Of a stretch of 64,000 nt of DNA, positions 46,942 through 55,795 are shown piece by piece. The stretch is taken from assembly GCA_026914155.1 (NCBI GenBank), contig JAPPGH010000039.1:63351-127350 (forward strand). The letters run 5' to 3'. Under the pieces are notes generated by a model. That model ran no database searches and was not told where the DNA came from. It worked only from the letters and a program-made list of their open reading frames with translations. This stretch comes from Candidatus Palauibacter rhopaloidicola. GTDB lineage: Bacteria; Gemmatimonadota; Gemmatimonadetes; Palauibacterales; Palauibacteraceae. Position 1 is the first letter of the stretch. The number at the start of each line of letters is the position of its first letter. The translations under genes were made by a program, and so were the position numbers.

Positions 46942-47732
46942 CGGCCCGCGAACTCGGGCGCCCGCCGCTCGACGTAGGCCGCGAGACCCTCGCGCGCGTC
47001 GTCGCCCTGGAAGAGGAGTTGCTGCAGCTCGCGCTCGATCGCGAGGCCCTCGGAGAAGGGCACCTCGACGCCGCTGCACACCGACCGCTTGATGCGGCCC
47101 ACCGCGCGCGACGCCTTGTGGGGCGGCGTGAACTGCCGCGCGTACTCCATCACCTGCGCGTGAAACGCCTCGTCATCTCCCTCGAACACCTTGTTCACGA
47201 GCCCCAGTTCCAGCGCTTCTTCGAACCCGAACGTGCGGCCCTCCGCCATCAGCTCGATGGCCTTCGGCTTCCCGAGCAGCCGGCCGAGCCGCTGCGTCCC
47301 GCCCGTCCCCGGGAGGACGCCGAGGTTGACCTCCGGCAGTCCGATCTTCCCCGCGTCCCGGCGGGCGATCCGGATGTCGCAGGCGAGCGCGATCTCGAGT
47401 CCGCCCCCTACCGTGTGCCCGTTCAGGGCGCCGATCACGAGCTTCGGCGTGTGCTCGAGGCGGGTCAGCGTCTCGTTCGCGTGCAGGCAGAAGAAGTACT
47501 TGAAGTAGGGGTCCGAGGTCTGGAGCATCTTGATGTTCGCCCCGGCGGAGAAGAACCTGTCTCCCTCGCCCCGGATGACGATGACGTGGACGTTCTCGTC
47601 GAAACGCGCGCGCAGGATCGCGTCGTCCAGGTCGCGCATCATCTCGTACGTGTATGTGTTCGCGGGCGGATCGTCGATCGTGAAAACGGCGACGCCGTCC
47701 TCGGCCGCGTATCGAATCAGCGTGTCAGCCAT
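46938..47732 (-). CDS. Enoyl-CoA hydratase family protein
   Basis: FFSAGANI, GGGLE, PEVNLGVLPGTGGTQRL; RBS before ATG 47732. Confidence 0.9.
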   Translation of the reverse strand: MADTLIRYAAEDGVAVFTIDDPPANTYTYEMMRDLDDAILRARFDENVHVIVIRGEGDRFFSAGANIKMLQTSDPYFKYFFCLHANETLTRLEHTPKLVIGALNGHTVGGGLEIALACDIRIARRDAGKIGLPEVNLGVLPGTGGTQRLGRLLGKPKAIELMAEGRTFGFEEALELGLVNKVFEGDDEAFHAQVMEYARQFTPPHKASRAVGRIKRSVCSGVEVPFSEGLAIERELQQLLFQGDDAREGLAAYVERRAPEFAGR

Positions 47733-48052
47733 GAATCCCTTCCTCTGAGAAACCGTTCCGAAGATGAAGTCTGAAGATTGCTGGAGGCCTTCCCACGGGC
47801 GTTCCGGGACCCGGGGCTGTCCCGGCGTCCGGTGGAGGGGCAAACTATCCCCGCTCCCACCCGACGGACAGTGAGTTTTGCGCCACGGTCTCGGCTGCCG
47901 GAAGCGCAACGCGCGGATCGTCCGGGGTGTCGTGAGCACAGCGTTCATGCGGCCGCCCGCGCCGCGCCTCGCGCCCCCGGCCGACCCGGTCCGGGCATGG
48001 TCCGAGCAGGGAGGAGATTCGGCTTGAAGCACGGGATGACCGCCGCAACCGC

Positions 48053-49318
48053 ATGCTGAGACGCTCCGGGCTCGGCGTCCTGTTCGGGACGGTGATGGTG
48101 GACATGATGGGCTTCGGCATCGTGCTCCCGCTGCTCCCGTTCTACGCCGAGGAACTCGGGGCCTCGCCGCGCTGGGTCACCCTCATCATTGCCTCGTTCT
48201 CCATCACGCAACTCGTGTCGGCGCCGATATGGGGCAGGTTCTCCGACCGCGTGGGACGCCGCCGCCTCCTCCTCATCGGGCTGCTGGCGTCGGCGCTCTC
48301 GTACCTCCTGTTCGCGCTCGCGGACAACCTGTGGCTCCTCCTCATATCGCGTGCAACGGCGGGCGCCGCCGGCGGGACGCTCGGGATCGCGCAGGCATAC
48401 GTCGCGGACTCCACGGAGGGTGAGGAACGGGCCCGGGGCCTCGGCTTCATCGGGGCCGCGTCCGGCCTCGGGATCATGCTCGGACCGGCGATCGGCGGGT
48501 TCTTCAGCCGCTTCGGGCTCGGGGCGCCCGGCTACGTGGCCGGCGGGCTGTGCCTGCTGAACCTGATGGCGGCGATGGTTCTGCTGCCGGAGTCGCGGCA
48601 CTTCCGCTCCGGCCGGGCCGACGCGTCGAAGGGGGAGGCCGCGACCGTCGGCATGTGGCTGGACTCACTGACGCGGTTTCCGCTGTGGTTGCTCCTCGCG
48701 GTGTATTTCCTGACGCTCGCCTGCTTCACCTCGATGACGTCGGTTCTGGCCTTGTACACCGAACGCGTGTTCGCGATGACGGCGGCGGACATGGGCCTCG
48801 TGTTCACGCTGGCGGGCGGCGTCACCGTGATCGTGCGCGGCGGGCTCGTGGGTCGGATCGTGAAGCGGTTCGGCGAACCGAACACCGTGCGCGCCGGGTG
48901 CGCGCTGCTCGCCCTGGGAGTCGGCGCCATCCCCTTCCTGGCCGACCGCTGGCAACTCTGGCTTCTCGTGCCGAGCTGGGCGGCGGCCACGGGGCTGATC
49001 TTTCCGGCGCTCCACGCGCTGATTTCGCGGAACACGGACGAGCACTCGCAGGGGTCCGTGTTCGGCGGAAGCCAGTTGGCCGGGGGGACGGGCCGCGTGC
49101 TGGCGCCGCTGGCCGCGGGCCACCTGTTCGAGTTGTATTCGATCCAAAGCCCGTTCCTCGTCGGGGCCGCGGCATCCGCCGTCGCCCTGTGGCTGGCCCT
49201 CCGGATCCCGGCCCCGCGCGATCCCAAGATGGAAGAAGAACTCGATCCCACTGACCGCTGGACGGGCCCGGTCGCCGCCCACGAACCGCGCGACCAGCCG
49301 GACACCAAGTCGCCGTGA
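48053..49318 (+). CDS. MFS transporter (TetA/DHA1-like)
   Basis: DMMGFGIVLP, GRFSDRVGRR motif A, GPAIGG motif C. Confidence 0.9.
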   Translation: MLRRSGLGVLFGTVMVDMMGFGIVLPLLPFYAEELGASPRWVTLIIASFSITQLVSAPIWGRFSDRVGRRRLLLIGLLASALSYLLFALADNLWLLLISRATAGAAGGTLGIAQAYVADSTEGEERARGLGFIGAASGLGIMLGPAIGGFFSRFGLGAPGYVAGGLCLLNLMAAMVLLPESRHFRSGRADASKGEAATVGMWLDSLTRFPLWLLLAVYFLTLACFTSMTSVLALYTERVFAMTAADMGLVFTLAGGVTVIVRGGLVGRIVKRFGEPNTVRAGCALLALGVGAIPFLADRWQLWLLVPSWAAATGLIFPALHALISRNTDEHSQGSVFGGSQLAGGTGRVLAPLAAGHLFELYSIQSPFLVGAAASAVALWLALRIPAPRDPKMEEELDPTDRWTGPVAAHEPRDQPDTKSP

Positions 49319-50064
49319 ACCGGTCTGTTCCCCGCGCGGCCGGCGAGGTCGGAGAGACGCATCGCTTTCCCGAGCAGGCCCAGTTCGTGTCCCTCCGCGT
49401 GAGTGAAGTGTCCGCGCTGCTCGTCCGGCCGCCCGAGCCGCGCGCCATGCTCGCCTTCGCGCACGGGGCCGGGGCGGGGATCGAGCACCCGTTCATGGCG
49501 GACATGGCGCAGCGGCTGGCGGGGCGGGGGATCGCGTCGTTTCGCTACCACTTCCCCTACATGGAGGCGCGGGCGCTCTCCGGCCGCCGCCGGCCCCCCG
49601 ACCGCCCGGCGGTTCTCGTCGAAACGGTGCGGGCCGCCGTCGCGAAGGCCGCCGCCCTGGCCGACGGGCTTCCGCTGCTGGCGGGCGGCAAGTCGATGGG
49701 CGGCCGCATGACCTCGACCGCCGCCTCCGAGACACCGCTGCCGGGCGTGCGCGGCCTCGTCTTCTTCGGGTTCCCGCTCCATGCGCCCGGCCGTGCGGAG
49801 CGCGCCGCCGAGCGGGCGGCCCACCTCGGCGGAGTCACCGTCCCCATGCTCTTCCTGCAGGGGACCCGCGACGCCCTCGCCCGCTGGGATCTGATCGAAC
49901 AGACGTGCGCCGCGCTCGACCCGCTCGCCACGCTGCACCGGCTGGAGGACGCCGACCACTCCTTCCGCGTCCTCAAGCGCAGCGCCCGCACGAACGAGGA
50001 GGTGGCGGAAGAGACGGCCGCGCACGTGGCCGCCTGGGCCGACCACGTCGATCGGGAGGTATAG
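49315..50064 (+). CDS. Alpha/beta hydrolase (KANL3/Tex30-like)
   Basis: AHGAGAG, GGKSMGGR, QGTRD, DADHSF. Confidence 0.85.
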   Translation: MNRSVPRAAGEVGETHRFPEQAQFVSLRVSEVSALLVRPPEPRAMLAFAHGAGAGIEHPFMADMAQRLAGRGIASFRYHFPYMEARALSGRRRPPDRPAVLVETVRAAVAKAAALADGLPLLAGGKSMGGRMTSTAASETPLPGVRGLVFFGFPLHAPGRAERAAERAAHLGGVTVPMLFLQGTRDALARWDLIEQTCAALDPLATLHRLEDADHSFRVLKRSARTNEEVAEETAAHVAAWADHVDREV

Positions 50065-50078
50065 CAGGAGGTCGCACC

Positions 50079-50384
50079 CTACTCACCGAGGGCACGTATG
50101 ACCGCCTCGGGTTCGCGGTCGATAACCGTAAGCAGGACACGAGCTGCGCGGTCAGGGACCCGTCGCCCCTGTTCCCATTCCTGTACCGCGCGAGCATCCA
50201 GCCCGAAGCTGTCCGCAAACTTCTTGCGGCTCAACTTCATGCGCTTGCGTACCGCCACGATGTGCTGGGCGGCGGGGTCGTCAACGATGCGGCAGGGAAG
50301 CTGCGTTCGGCCGCGCACATGAGCGAGCACTTCTTCAAGCGCCGCCTCCACCTCGCGTCCCAAATCGGTTCGCCGGTTCGTCAT
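50079..50384 (-). CDS. higA: XRE/HigA-type HTH antitoxin
   Basis: RKRMKLSRKKFA...VQEWEQGRRVPD; ATGA overlap with upstream toxin. Confidence 0.8.
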   Translation of the reverse strand: MTNRRTDLGREVEAALEEVLAHVRGRTQLPCRIVDDPAAQHIVAVRKRMKLSRKKFADSFGLDARAVQEWEQGRRVPDRAARVLLTVIDREPEAVIRALGE

Positions 50385-50713
50385 CGGTGTCGTTCCTTCT
50401 CCTTGATCGCGGCAACGATCCGTGTCAGCGCCTTCCTGTCCGCTCGACTCAGGTCTTCCCGATCCGCCTTCGCGTAAGCGGTCAACAGGTAGATCGCTTC
50501 CGGACCTGCTTGACGGAAGTAGATCGTGCGGATGCCACCTCGCTTGCCCCTTCCCGCGCCCGCCCAGCGCAACTTGCGAAGTCCTCCGGTTCCCTGGACA
50601 ACGGGCGCAGCCGCCAGGTCGGCGACGATAGCCGCTTCCATCGCCCGCCGATCTGCCTCCGATAAGAGCTTTCGCACGGCGCGTTCGTAGGTTTGCGTGG
50701 TATGGATTCGCAT
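50381..50713 (-). CDS. higB: RelE/HigB-family toxin
   Basis: GTGGLRKLRW...GKRGGIRTIY...LLTAYAK; toxin-first gene order. Confidence 0.85.
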   Translation of the reverse strand: MRIHTTQTYERAVRKLLSEADRRAMEAAIVADLAAAPVVQGTGGLRKLRWAGAGRGKRGGIRTIYFRQAGPEAIYLLTAYAKADREDLSRADRKALTRIVAAIKEKERHR

Positions 50714-50721
50714 GGGCAATG

Positions 50722-50736
50722 TGCGGCAATGCCGCA
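50722..50736. promoter_or_regulatory. Palindromic operator of higBA
   Basis: TGCGGCA-A-TGCCGCA immediately upstream of the toxin start. Confidence 0.6.
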
Positions 50737-50854
50737 TGGCAAGCAATCGAGATGTCTATCGGTGCCGGCCTCGAATGGTGCATCCTACCTTCAGCCGCTC
50801 CGATGGGGGTCGGCTCCTATCGTCCATCCTCGGATATACGTCCAGTTATCAACA

Positions 50855-50868
50855 GCATGTATACATGC
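50855..50868. promoter_or_regulatory. Perfect 14-bp palindrome, likely RHH antitoxin operator
   Basis: GCATGTATACATGC just upstream of the GGAGG RBS of the CDS at 50885. Confidence 0.6.
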
Positions 50869-50884
50869 CTCTGGGAGGTGAGGA

Positions 50885-52666
50885 ATGAAGATCAGGCTCA
50901 CGGTCACGGTGGACTCCGGCGTGGCACGAGCCGCCAAGCGATGCGCGCGCGGTCGGGGGGTCTCCCTTTCATCGCTCGTCGAGGCGTCACTGAAGGAGAT
51001 GATTCAGGACGAGGATCTTTCTTTCTCCGAGCGGTGGAGAGGGCAGTTTCGAGCCGCGAATCGTGACGATCCCCGGTACAAGGCCGTGGCCCGAAAGTAC
51101 TTCTTGCTCGGGTGGGCGGCGGTTGCGGCGATGGTCGCGGGGTGCGGAGGTGCGGTGCCGGCGGGCGAGGCGTTTTTAACCCGCGCGGAGCGGACGGCGT
51201 ACCGGGAGACCAGTTCGTACGCCGATGTCGTGGACTTCCTGGAGCGCGCCGCGGCGCGCGATGCCTCGGTCCACTACACGACCTACGGCTATACGAACGA
51301 GGGACGGCCGATCCCCATGGTCGTGGTGGGTGACGTGGAAGATCCGAGTCCGGCGTCCGTCAGCGCTTCGGGAAAGACGGTCGTCTACCTCCAGGGCAAC
51401 ATCCACGCCGGCGAGGTGTGCGGGAAGGAGGCGCTCCAGATGCTGCTGCGCGACCTCCTCGCCGGGCGTCACCGCGAGTGGCGGGAGTCGATGGTCCTCC
51501 TCATCGCGCCGATCTACAACGCGGACGGCAACGAGCGGGTGCTCCTCACGAACCGCGGCCGCCAGCACGGGCCGGTCGGAGGGATGGGCCAGCGGCCGAA
51601 CGCCCAGGGCTACGACCTGAACCGCGATCACATGAAGCTCGACTCGCCGGAGGCGCGGTCGGTGGCGCGGCTGCTCGGCGCGTACGATCCGCACGTGGCC
51701 GTCGACCTGCACACGACGAACGGGACGCAGCACGCCTACCACCTCACGTACTCGCCGCCGCTCCATCCCAACACACCGGCGGAGATCGACGTTTTCCTGC
51801 GCGAAGGACTCTTCCCCCACGTCACCGGGGAGATCCGGGAGAAGTACGGCTGGGAGTACTACTACTACGGGAACGCGTTTGCGCGCGGCGGGGACGCACC
51901 CGGCTGGTACACCTTCGACCACCGCCCGCGCTTCAACAACAACTACATCGGCCTCCGCAACCGGATCGCGATCCTGAGCGAGGCCTACTCCTACGCGAGT
52001 TTCGAGGAGCGCGTCCTCGCGACGCTCTACTTCGTGGAGGAGATCCTCGACTACGTCCATGAGCACGCGGGGGAGGTGCGGCGCATCGTCGCGGATGCCG
52101 ATGCCGCCGCGGTGACGGGCGACATGCTCGCGCTGCGCGCCGTCCCCCAGCGCTCGGCCACGCCGGTCGACATCCTCATGGGCGCCACCGTCGAGGAGGT
52201 GCACCCCCTCACCGGGCGCCCGCTGCTCCTGCGCGCGGATACGCAGTACGTCGAGACGATGTACGAGTACGGCACGTTCGAACCGACGTTGCTGGAGCGC
52301 GTGCCGGAGGCCTACTTGATTCCCGCGGATCTGGGCGATGTCCTGACTCGGCTCGCGGCGCACGGCGTCGCGCTCGAGTCGGCGGGGGCGACGCCCCTCG
52401 AGGTGGAGGCGTTCCGGATCGACTCGGTGCAGACGGCCGAGCGGCCGTTCCAGGGCCGCAACGAGCAGACGCTGTTCGGCCGTTACGAGGCGGCCCGGGT
52501 CACCCCGACCCCCGGAGACATGCTGGCGCGGACCGACCGGCCGCTCGGACGCCTGCTGTTCAGCCTGGTGGAGCCGCAGTCGGACGACGGCTTTGCGAAC
52601 TGGGGCTTCCTCGCGGACCGGCTGCGCCCCGGCGAGGTCTATCCCATCCTCCGCGTCCCCGGCTAA
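50885..52666 (+). CDS. DUF6364/RHH antitoxin-like N-terminus fused in frame to an M14 zinc carboxypeptidase lipoprotein (alternative GTG start 51086)
   Basis: MKIRLTVTVD...GVSLSSLVE...WRG..DDPRY (antitoxin-like); lipobox VAGC; NIHAGE, NADG, DLNRD, DLHT M14 motifs. Confidence 0.8.
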   Translation: MKIRLTVTVDSGVARAAKRCARGRGVSLSSLVEASLKEMIQDEDLSFSERWRGQFRAANRDDPRYKAVARKYFLLGWAAVAAMVAGCGGAVPAGEAFLTRAERTAYRETSSYADVVDFLERAAARDASVHYTTYGYTNEGRPIPMVVVGDVEDPSPASVSASGKTVVYLQGNIHAGEVCGKEALQMLLRDLLAGRHREWRESMVLLIAPIYNADGNERVLLTNRGRQHGPVGGMGQRPNAQGYDLNRDHMKLDSPEARSVARLLGAYDPHVAVDLHTTNGTQHAYHLTYSPPLHPNTPAEIDVFLREGLFPHVTGEIREKYGWEYYYYGNAFARGGDAPGWYTFDHRPRFNNNYIGLRNRIAILSEAYSYASFEERVLATLYFVEEILDYVHEHAGEVRRIVADADAAAVTGDMLALRAVPQRSATPVDILMGATVEEVHPLTGRPLLLRADTQYVETMYEYGTFEPTLLERVPEAYLIPADLGDVLTRLAAHGVALESAGATPLEVEAFRIDSVQTAERPFQGRNEQTLFGRYEAARVTPTPGDMLARTDRPLGRLLFSLVEPQSDDGFANWGFLADRLRPGEVYPILRVPG

Positions 52667-53301
52667 ACGCCTTCCCAGCCTTCCGTTTCGCGCCGCAGCG
52701 ACAGCTCCGTCTGGCTGCGATCCCGCTGGGGCACGTCGTGGCAGCGGCGGCAGCGCGCCTCGTAGGACTCGGCGCCTCCCACCTGGATCGTGGGGCCCTC
52801 GGCGGGCGCCGGTTCCCCGTCGATGAGGCGCTGGTTTCTCGTCGCCGCGTCGCCGCATACGACGCAGATCGCGGTCAGTTTGTCGATCCGCTCCGCACGC
52901 GCCAGGAGCAGGCCCATGGGGCCGAAGGGCTCGCCGCGGAAGTCCATGTCGGTCCCCACCACGATCACGCGCATCCCCGCATCGGCCAGCGCGTCCACGA
53001 CCTCGCAGATCCCGTCGTCCAGGAACTGGGCCTCGTCGATCGCGACGACCTGCGTTGACGGGCGCACCTTCTCGGCCACCTCCACGGAACTCGACACGGG
53101 CTCGGCGTCGATCTCCCGCCCGTCGTGGGACGAGATGCGGAACTGGCCGCCGTAGCGGTCGTCGAGGTGGGACTTGAAGAGTTGGACCCGCCGGCCCGCG
53201 ATGAGGGCGCGCCGCACGCGCCGGATCAGCTCCTCGGACTTGCCGCTGAACATGACCCCGGCGACGACCTCGACCCATCCGTCTCCCGCTCTACGCCGCA
53301 T
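52663..53301 (-). CDS. tdk: Thymidine kinase
   Basis: GVMFSGKSEEL, IDEAQF, DFRGEPF, CVVC...YEARCRRCH. Confidence 0.95.
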   Translation of the reverse strand: MRRRAGDGWVEVVAGVMFSGKSEELIRRVRRALIAGRRVQLFKSHLDDRYGGQFRISSHDGREIDAEPVSSSVEVAEKVRPSTQVVAIDEAQFLDDGICEVVDALADAGMRVIVVGTDMDFRGEPFGPMGLLLARAERIDKLTAICVVCGDAATRNQRLIDGEPAPAEGPTIQVGGAESYEARCRRCHDVPQRDRSQTELSLRRETEGWEGV

Positions 53302-53471
53302 GGCTCTTCCCGTTCCTCGCGGACTACGGCTACCCGGCCCTGCCCGCGACCTCCGTTTCGCGACCCCGGAATCGCCGCCTCCCTCGCCCAACGCGGAGAG
53401 CCGCCAGAATGGCGAATGGATTCTTGCCACGGGCTGCCGCCGCACTCAAGGGTCGACGCGACGCGAAAGAA

Positions 53472-53481
53472 ATGATATCAT
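53472..53481. promoter_or_regulatory. Palindrome ATGATATCAT upstream of HicB-MNT gene
   Basis: AT-rich perfect 10-bp palindrome, with related TCATATGA overlapping the start of the CDS. Confidence 0.45.
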
Positions 53482-53487
53482 CTGGGT

Positions 53488-54063
53488 ATGTCATATGATA
53501 CTACAGGGAAGTCCGACCCTTCGGGCCGCTTCGTGCTCCGCATCGACCCCGGCCTGCACGGTGCGCTGCGCACGGCCGCGCGGGCCGCGTCTTTGTCGCT
53601 CAACGAGTACTGCGCCCGCAAGCTGGCGTCTCCGGGCGCCCCGCCGGATCCCGAAGCTTCGGCGTTGATCGAACGAGCGGCCCGGTTGCTCGGCGAATCG
53701 CTGATCGGCGTCGTCGCATTCGGCTCCTGGGTGCGCGGCGAGAGCGGAGCGGCCTCCGACTTCGATGTCCTGCTGATCGCCGAGGAACGTCTCCCGATCA
53801 CGCGGGAGCTGTACGGGCGGTGGGACCGCGAGCCGGCGCTCTACTGGCGCGGCCACGAGGTCGAGCCACACTTCGTCCACCTGCCGCCCACGGGAGCCGT
53901 GCCTTCCGGCACATGGGCCGAGGCGGCGACCGATGGTCGTGTCCTCCACGAACGGGGTTGGTCGGTGTCGGAGCGGCTCGCGGACATCCGGCGAATGATA
54001 TCGGCGGGCCGGATCTCGCGCCGTCTCCTCCACGGGCAGCCGTACTGGGTTCGGGCCGGTTGA
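53488..54063 (+). CDS. HicB-like RHH domain fused to minimal nucleotidyltransferase (MNT antitoxin)
   Basis: SGRFVLRIDPGLH...SLNEY (HicB C-terminal RHH); FGSWVRG...SDFDVL (MNT). Confidence 0.8.
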   Translation: MSYDTTGKSDPSGRFVLRIDPGLHGALRTAARAASLSLNEYCARKLASPGAPPDPEASALIERAARLLGESLIGVVAFGSWVRGESGAASDFDVLLIAEERLPITRELYGRWDREPALYWRGHEVEPHFVHLPPTGAVPSGTWAEAATDGRVLHERGWSVSERLADIRRMISAGRISRRLLHGQPYWVRAG

Positions 54064-54482
54064 TGCGCAACGTAGAGCTTGCCGAGGACTATCTCCGGCG
54101 CGCGAAACTTCGGCTCAAGGCCCTGGACGTGTTGTTCGAGGGGGAGGGCTGGCCGGATGTGGTTCGGGAATCGCAGGAGATTCTGGAGCTGGCGCTCAAG
54201 GGGCTCCTGCGCTGGTGCGGCGTCGACCCGCCCCGCGTGCACGATGTGTCCGGCGTCCTGCTCGCCGAGAAGGACAGGCTACCCGCGGATCTGATCGGCC
54301 AAGCCGAGGCGCTGGCGGCCGCGTCCCGCCACCTCCGGCGGGACCGCGAACTCGCGTTCTACGGAGCGGAGGATCTCACGCCGACCGGATTCTACTCGAA
54401 GGAAGACGCGGAGGCCGCCCGCGCCGCCGCGCGCCGGACGGTCGAGGCGGTGTATCCGCACGTCATCGGAGGCCACGGATAG
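54063..54482 (+). CDS. HEPN-domain protein
   Basis: VVRESQEILELALKG, HDV, RELAFYG; TGATG coupling to the MNT gene. Confidence 0.85.
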   Translation: MRNVELAEDYLRRAKLRLKALDVLFEGEGWPDVVRESQEILELALKGLLRWCGVDPPRVHDVSGVLLAEKDRLPADLIGQAEALAAASRHLRRDRELAFYGAEDLTPTGFYSKEDAEAARAAARRTVEAVYPHVIGGHG

Positions 54483-54487
54483 CACCA

Positions 54488-55303
54488 TCAGGAAGTGGTG
54501 ACCTCCCGCAGGTAGGCGGCGATCCCACGCCTGCGGTCCCACTGACCCGGATACCCCAGGGAGACCTCCTGGAAGGGCACGCCATCGAGCCAATGCGTGT
54601 CCCGGATGTGGAGGTGGCCGTACACGACGGCGCACGCGTTGAACCGCCGGTGCCAACCCCGCGTGCGGCGGGTCCCGCACCACGGGGTGAAGCGGGGAAT
54701 TCTCGGCAGCACGGCGTGTCGTTCTTCGAGCGGATAATGATTGACCAGGAGCTTCGGAAGATCGGCCGGAGCCGAAGCGAGCCGGGCGGCCGCGTCTTCG
54801 CAGCGTGCGGCGCACCACGAGTCCCGATCCGGCCACGGGTCGGGATGCAGCATCACTTCGTCGGAGCAGACCGCGCGGGTCTCCCGGGCCCACCGAACCA
54901 CCTCGTCGCGCCGAACGTGCCCGGGCCGAAAGCTGTAGTCGTACAGTAGGAAGAGCGGCGCGATCAGCACCGGCCCCTCCCGCAGTTCCACGACCGGATA
55001 AGGATCTTCGGGAGTGAGAACGCCGTGGTTGCGGGCGATCCCGACCAGGTGTTCGTAGAGGCCCACCCCGCGGAGCCCGGGAGGCGCATCCGGTATCGTC
55101 CACAGTTCGTGGTTTCCGGGAACCCAGACGACCTGCCGAAACTTCGGAGTCAGTCGGGCGAAGCACGACTCGAGTCGCTGCGCGCCGTGGGTCACGTCGC
55201 CGGCCAGGATCAGCCAGTCGTTGGGACAGGCGGGCAGATTCTCCAACGCCTCCCGGTTCTCCGCATGGGAGACGTGCAGGTCGGACAACGCCCATAAACG
55301 CAA
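54488..55303 (-). CDS. Metallophosphoesterase, PptH (Rv2795c)-like
   Basis: SDLH, AGD, PGNHELW, LFLLYDYSF, NHYPL, WCGT, YGHLH, EVSLGYP; start uncertain (TTG 55303 or GTG 55342). Confidence 0.8.
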   Translation of the reverse strand: MRLWALSDLHVSHAENREALENLPACPNDWLILAGDVTHGAQRLESCFARLTPKFRQVVWVPGNHELWTIPDAPPGLRGVGLYEHLVGIARNHGVLTPEDPYPVVELREGPVLIAPLFLLYDYSFRPGHVRRDEVVRWARETRAVCSDEVMLHPDPWPDRDSWCAARCEDAAARLASAPADLPKLLVNHYPLEERHAVLPRIPRFTPWCGTRRTRGWHRRFNACAVVYGHLHIRDTHWLDGVPFQEVSLGYPGQWDRRRGIAAYLREVTTS

Positions 55304-55396
55304 CGGATCACCGTCGGTGACGAGGCGGGGGGGCAGCAGCACGCATATCGACCGGATCGTACGTTGGGGGACGGCGTGAGGACAGGAGGAGCAAAC

Positions 55397-55744
55397 GTGG
55401 GAGTACTCACGATTCGGAACGTGGACGACGACGTGATCGCCGCGCTCAAGAGGCAGGCGGAGGCCAACCATCGCTCTCTGGAGGGCGAACTGCGCCACCT
55501 GCTCGCCCGGCATGCGGTCCCGAACACCGTGCCCGCGGTGGCGGATTCCCGGACCGGCTGCGGAGCGTGGCTGGGAGCCATGAGCGACGTGGGTGAGATC
55601 GTCGGCGACATCCGCTCTCCGGCGGCCGATCCCTCCGAGTGGGCTGCGCTGCGCCCGGCGGCCGCCGATCCGAGCGACGGGTCCGACATCGCCCGCCACA
55701 AGGACGCGATGCTCGCGGAGGCGTTCTCGGACCAGCGGGAATGA
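55397..55744 (+). CDS. FitA/Arc-family RHH antitoxin-like protein, orphan
   Basis: LTIRNVDDDVIAALKRQAEANHRSLEGELRHLL; AGGAGGAG RBS before GTG 55397. Confidence 0.8.
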   Translation: MGVLTIRNVDDDVIAALKRQAEANHRSLEGELRHLLARHAVPNTVPAVADSRTGCGAWLGAMSDVGEIVGDIRSPAADPSEWAALRPAAADPSDGSDIARHKDAMLAEAFSDQRE

Positions 55745-55795
55745 CCTTCATCTGGCACGCGGCCGCCGACGCGGGAAGTAGTACGTGAGGGCGCC

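Noticed and set aside
47733-48052. 320-bp intergenic region as a possible ncRNA or riboswitch
   Set aside because: Only short GC hairpins and no recognisable RNA family motif; explained as a divergent promoter region.
48053-49318. MFS as tetA, and the ABC-F at 20040-22034 as a resistance gene
   Set aside because: Only family-level similarity; no tetR or mobile context.
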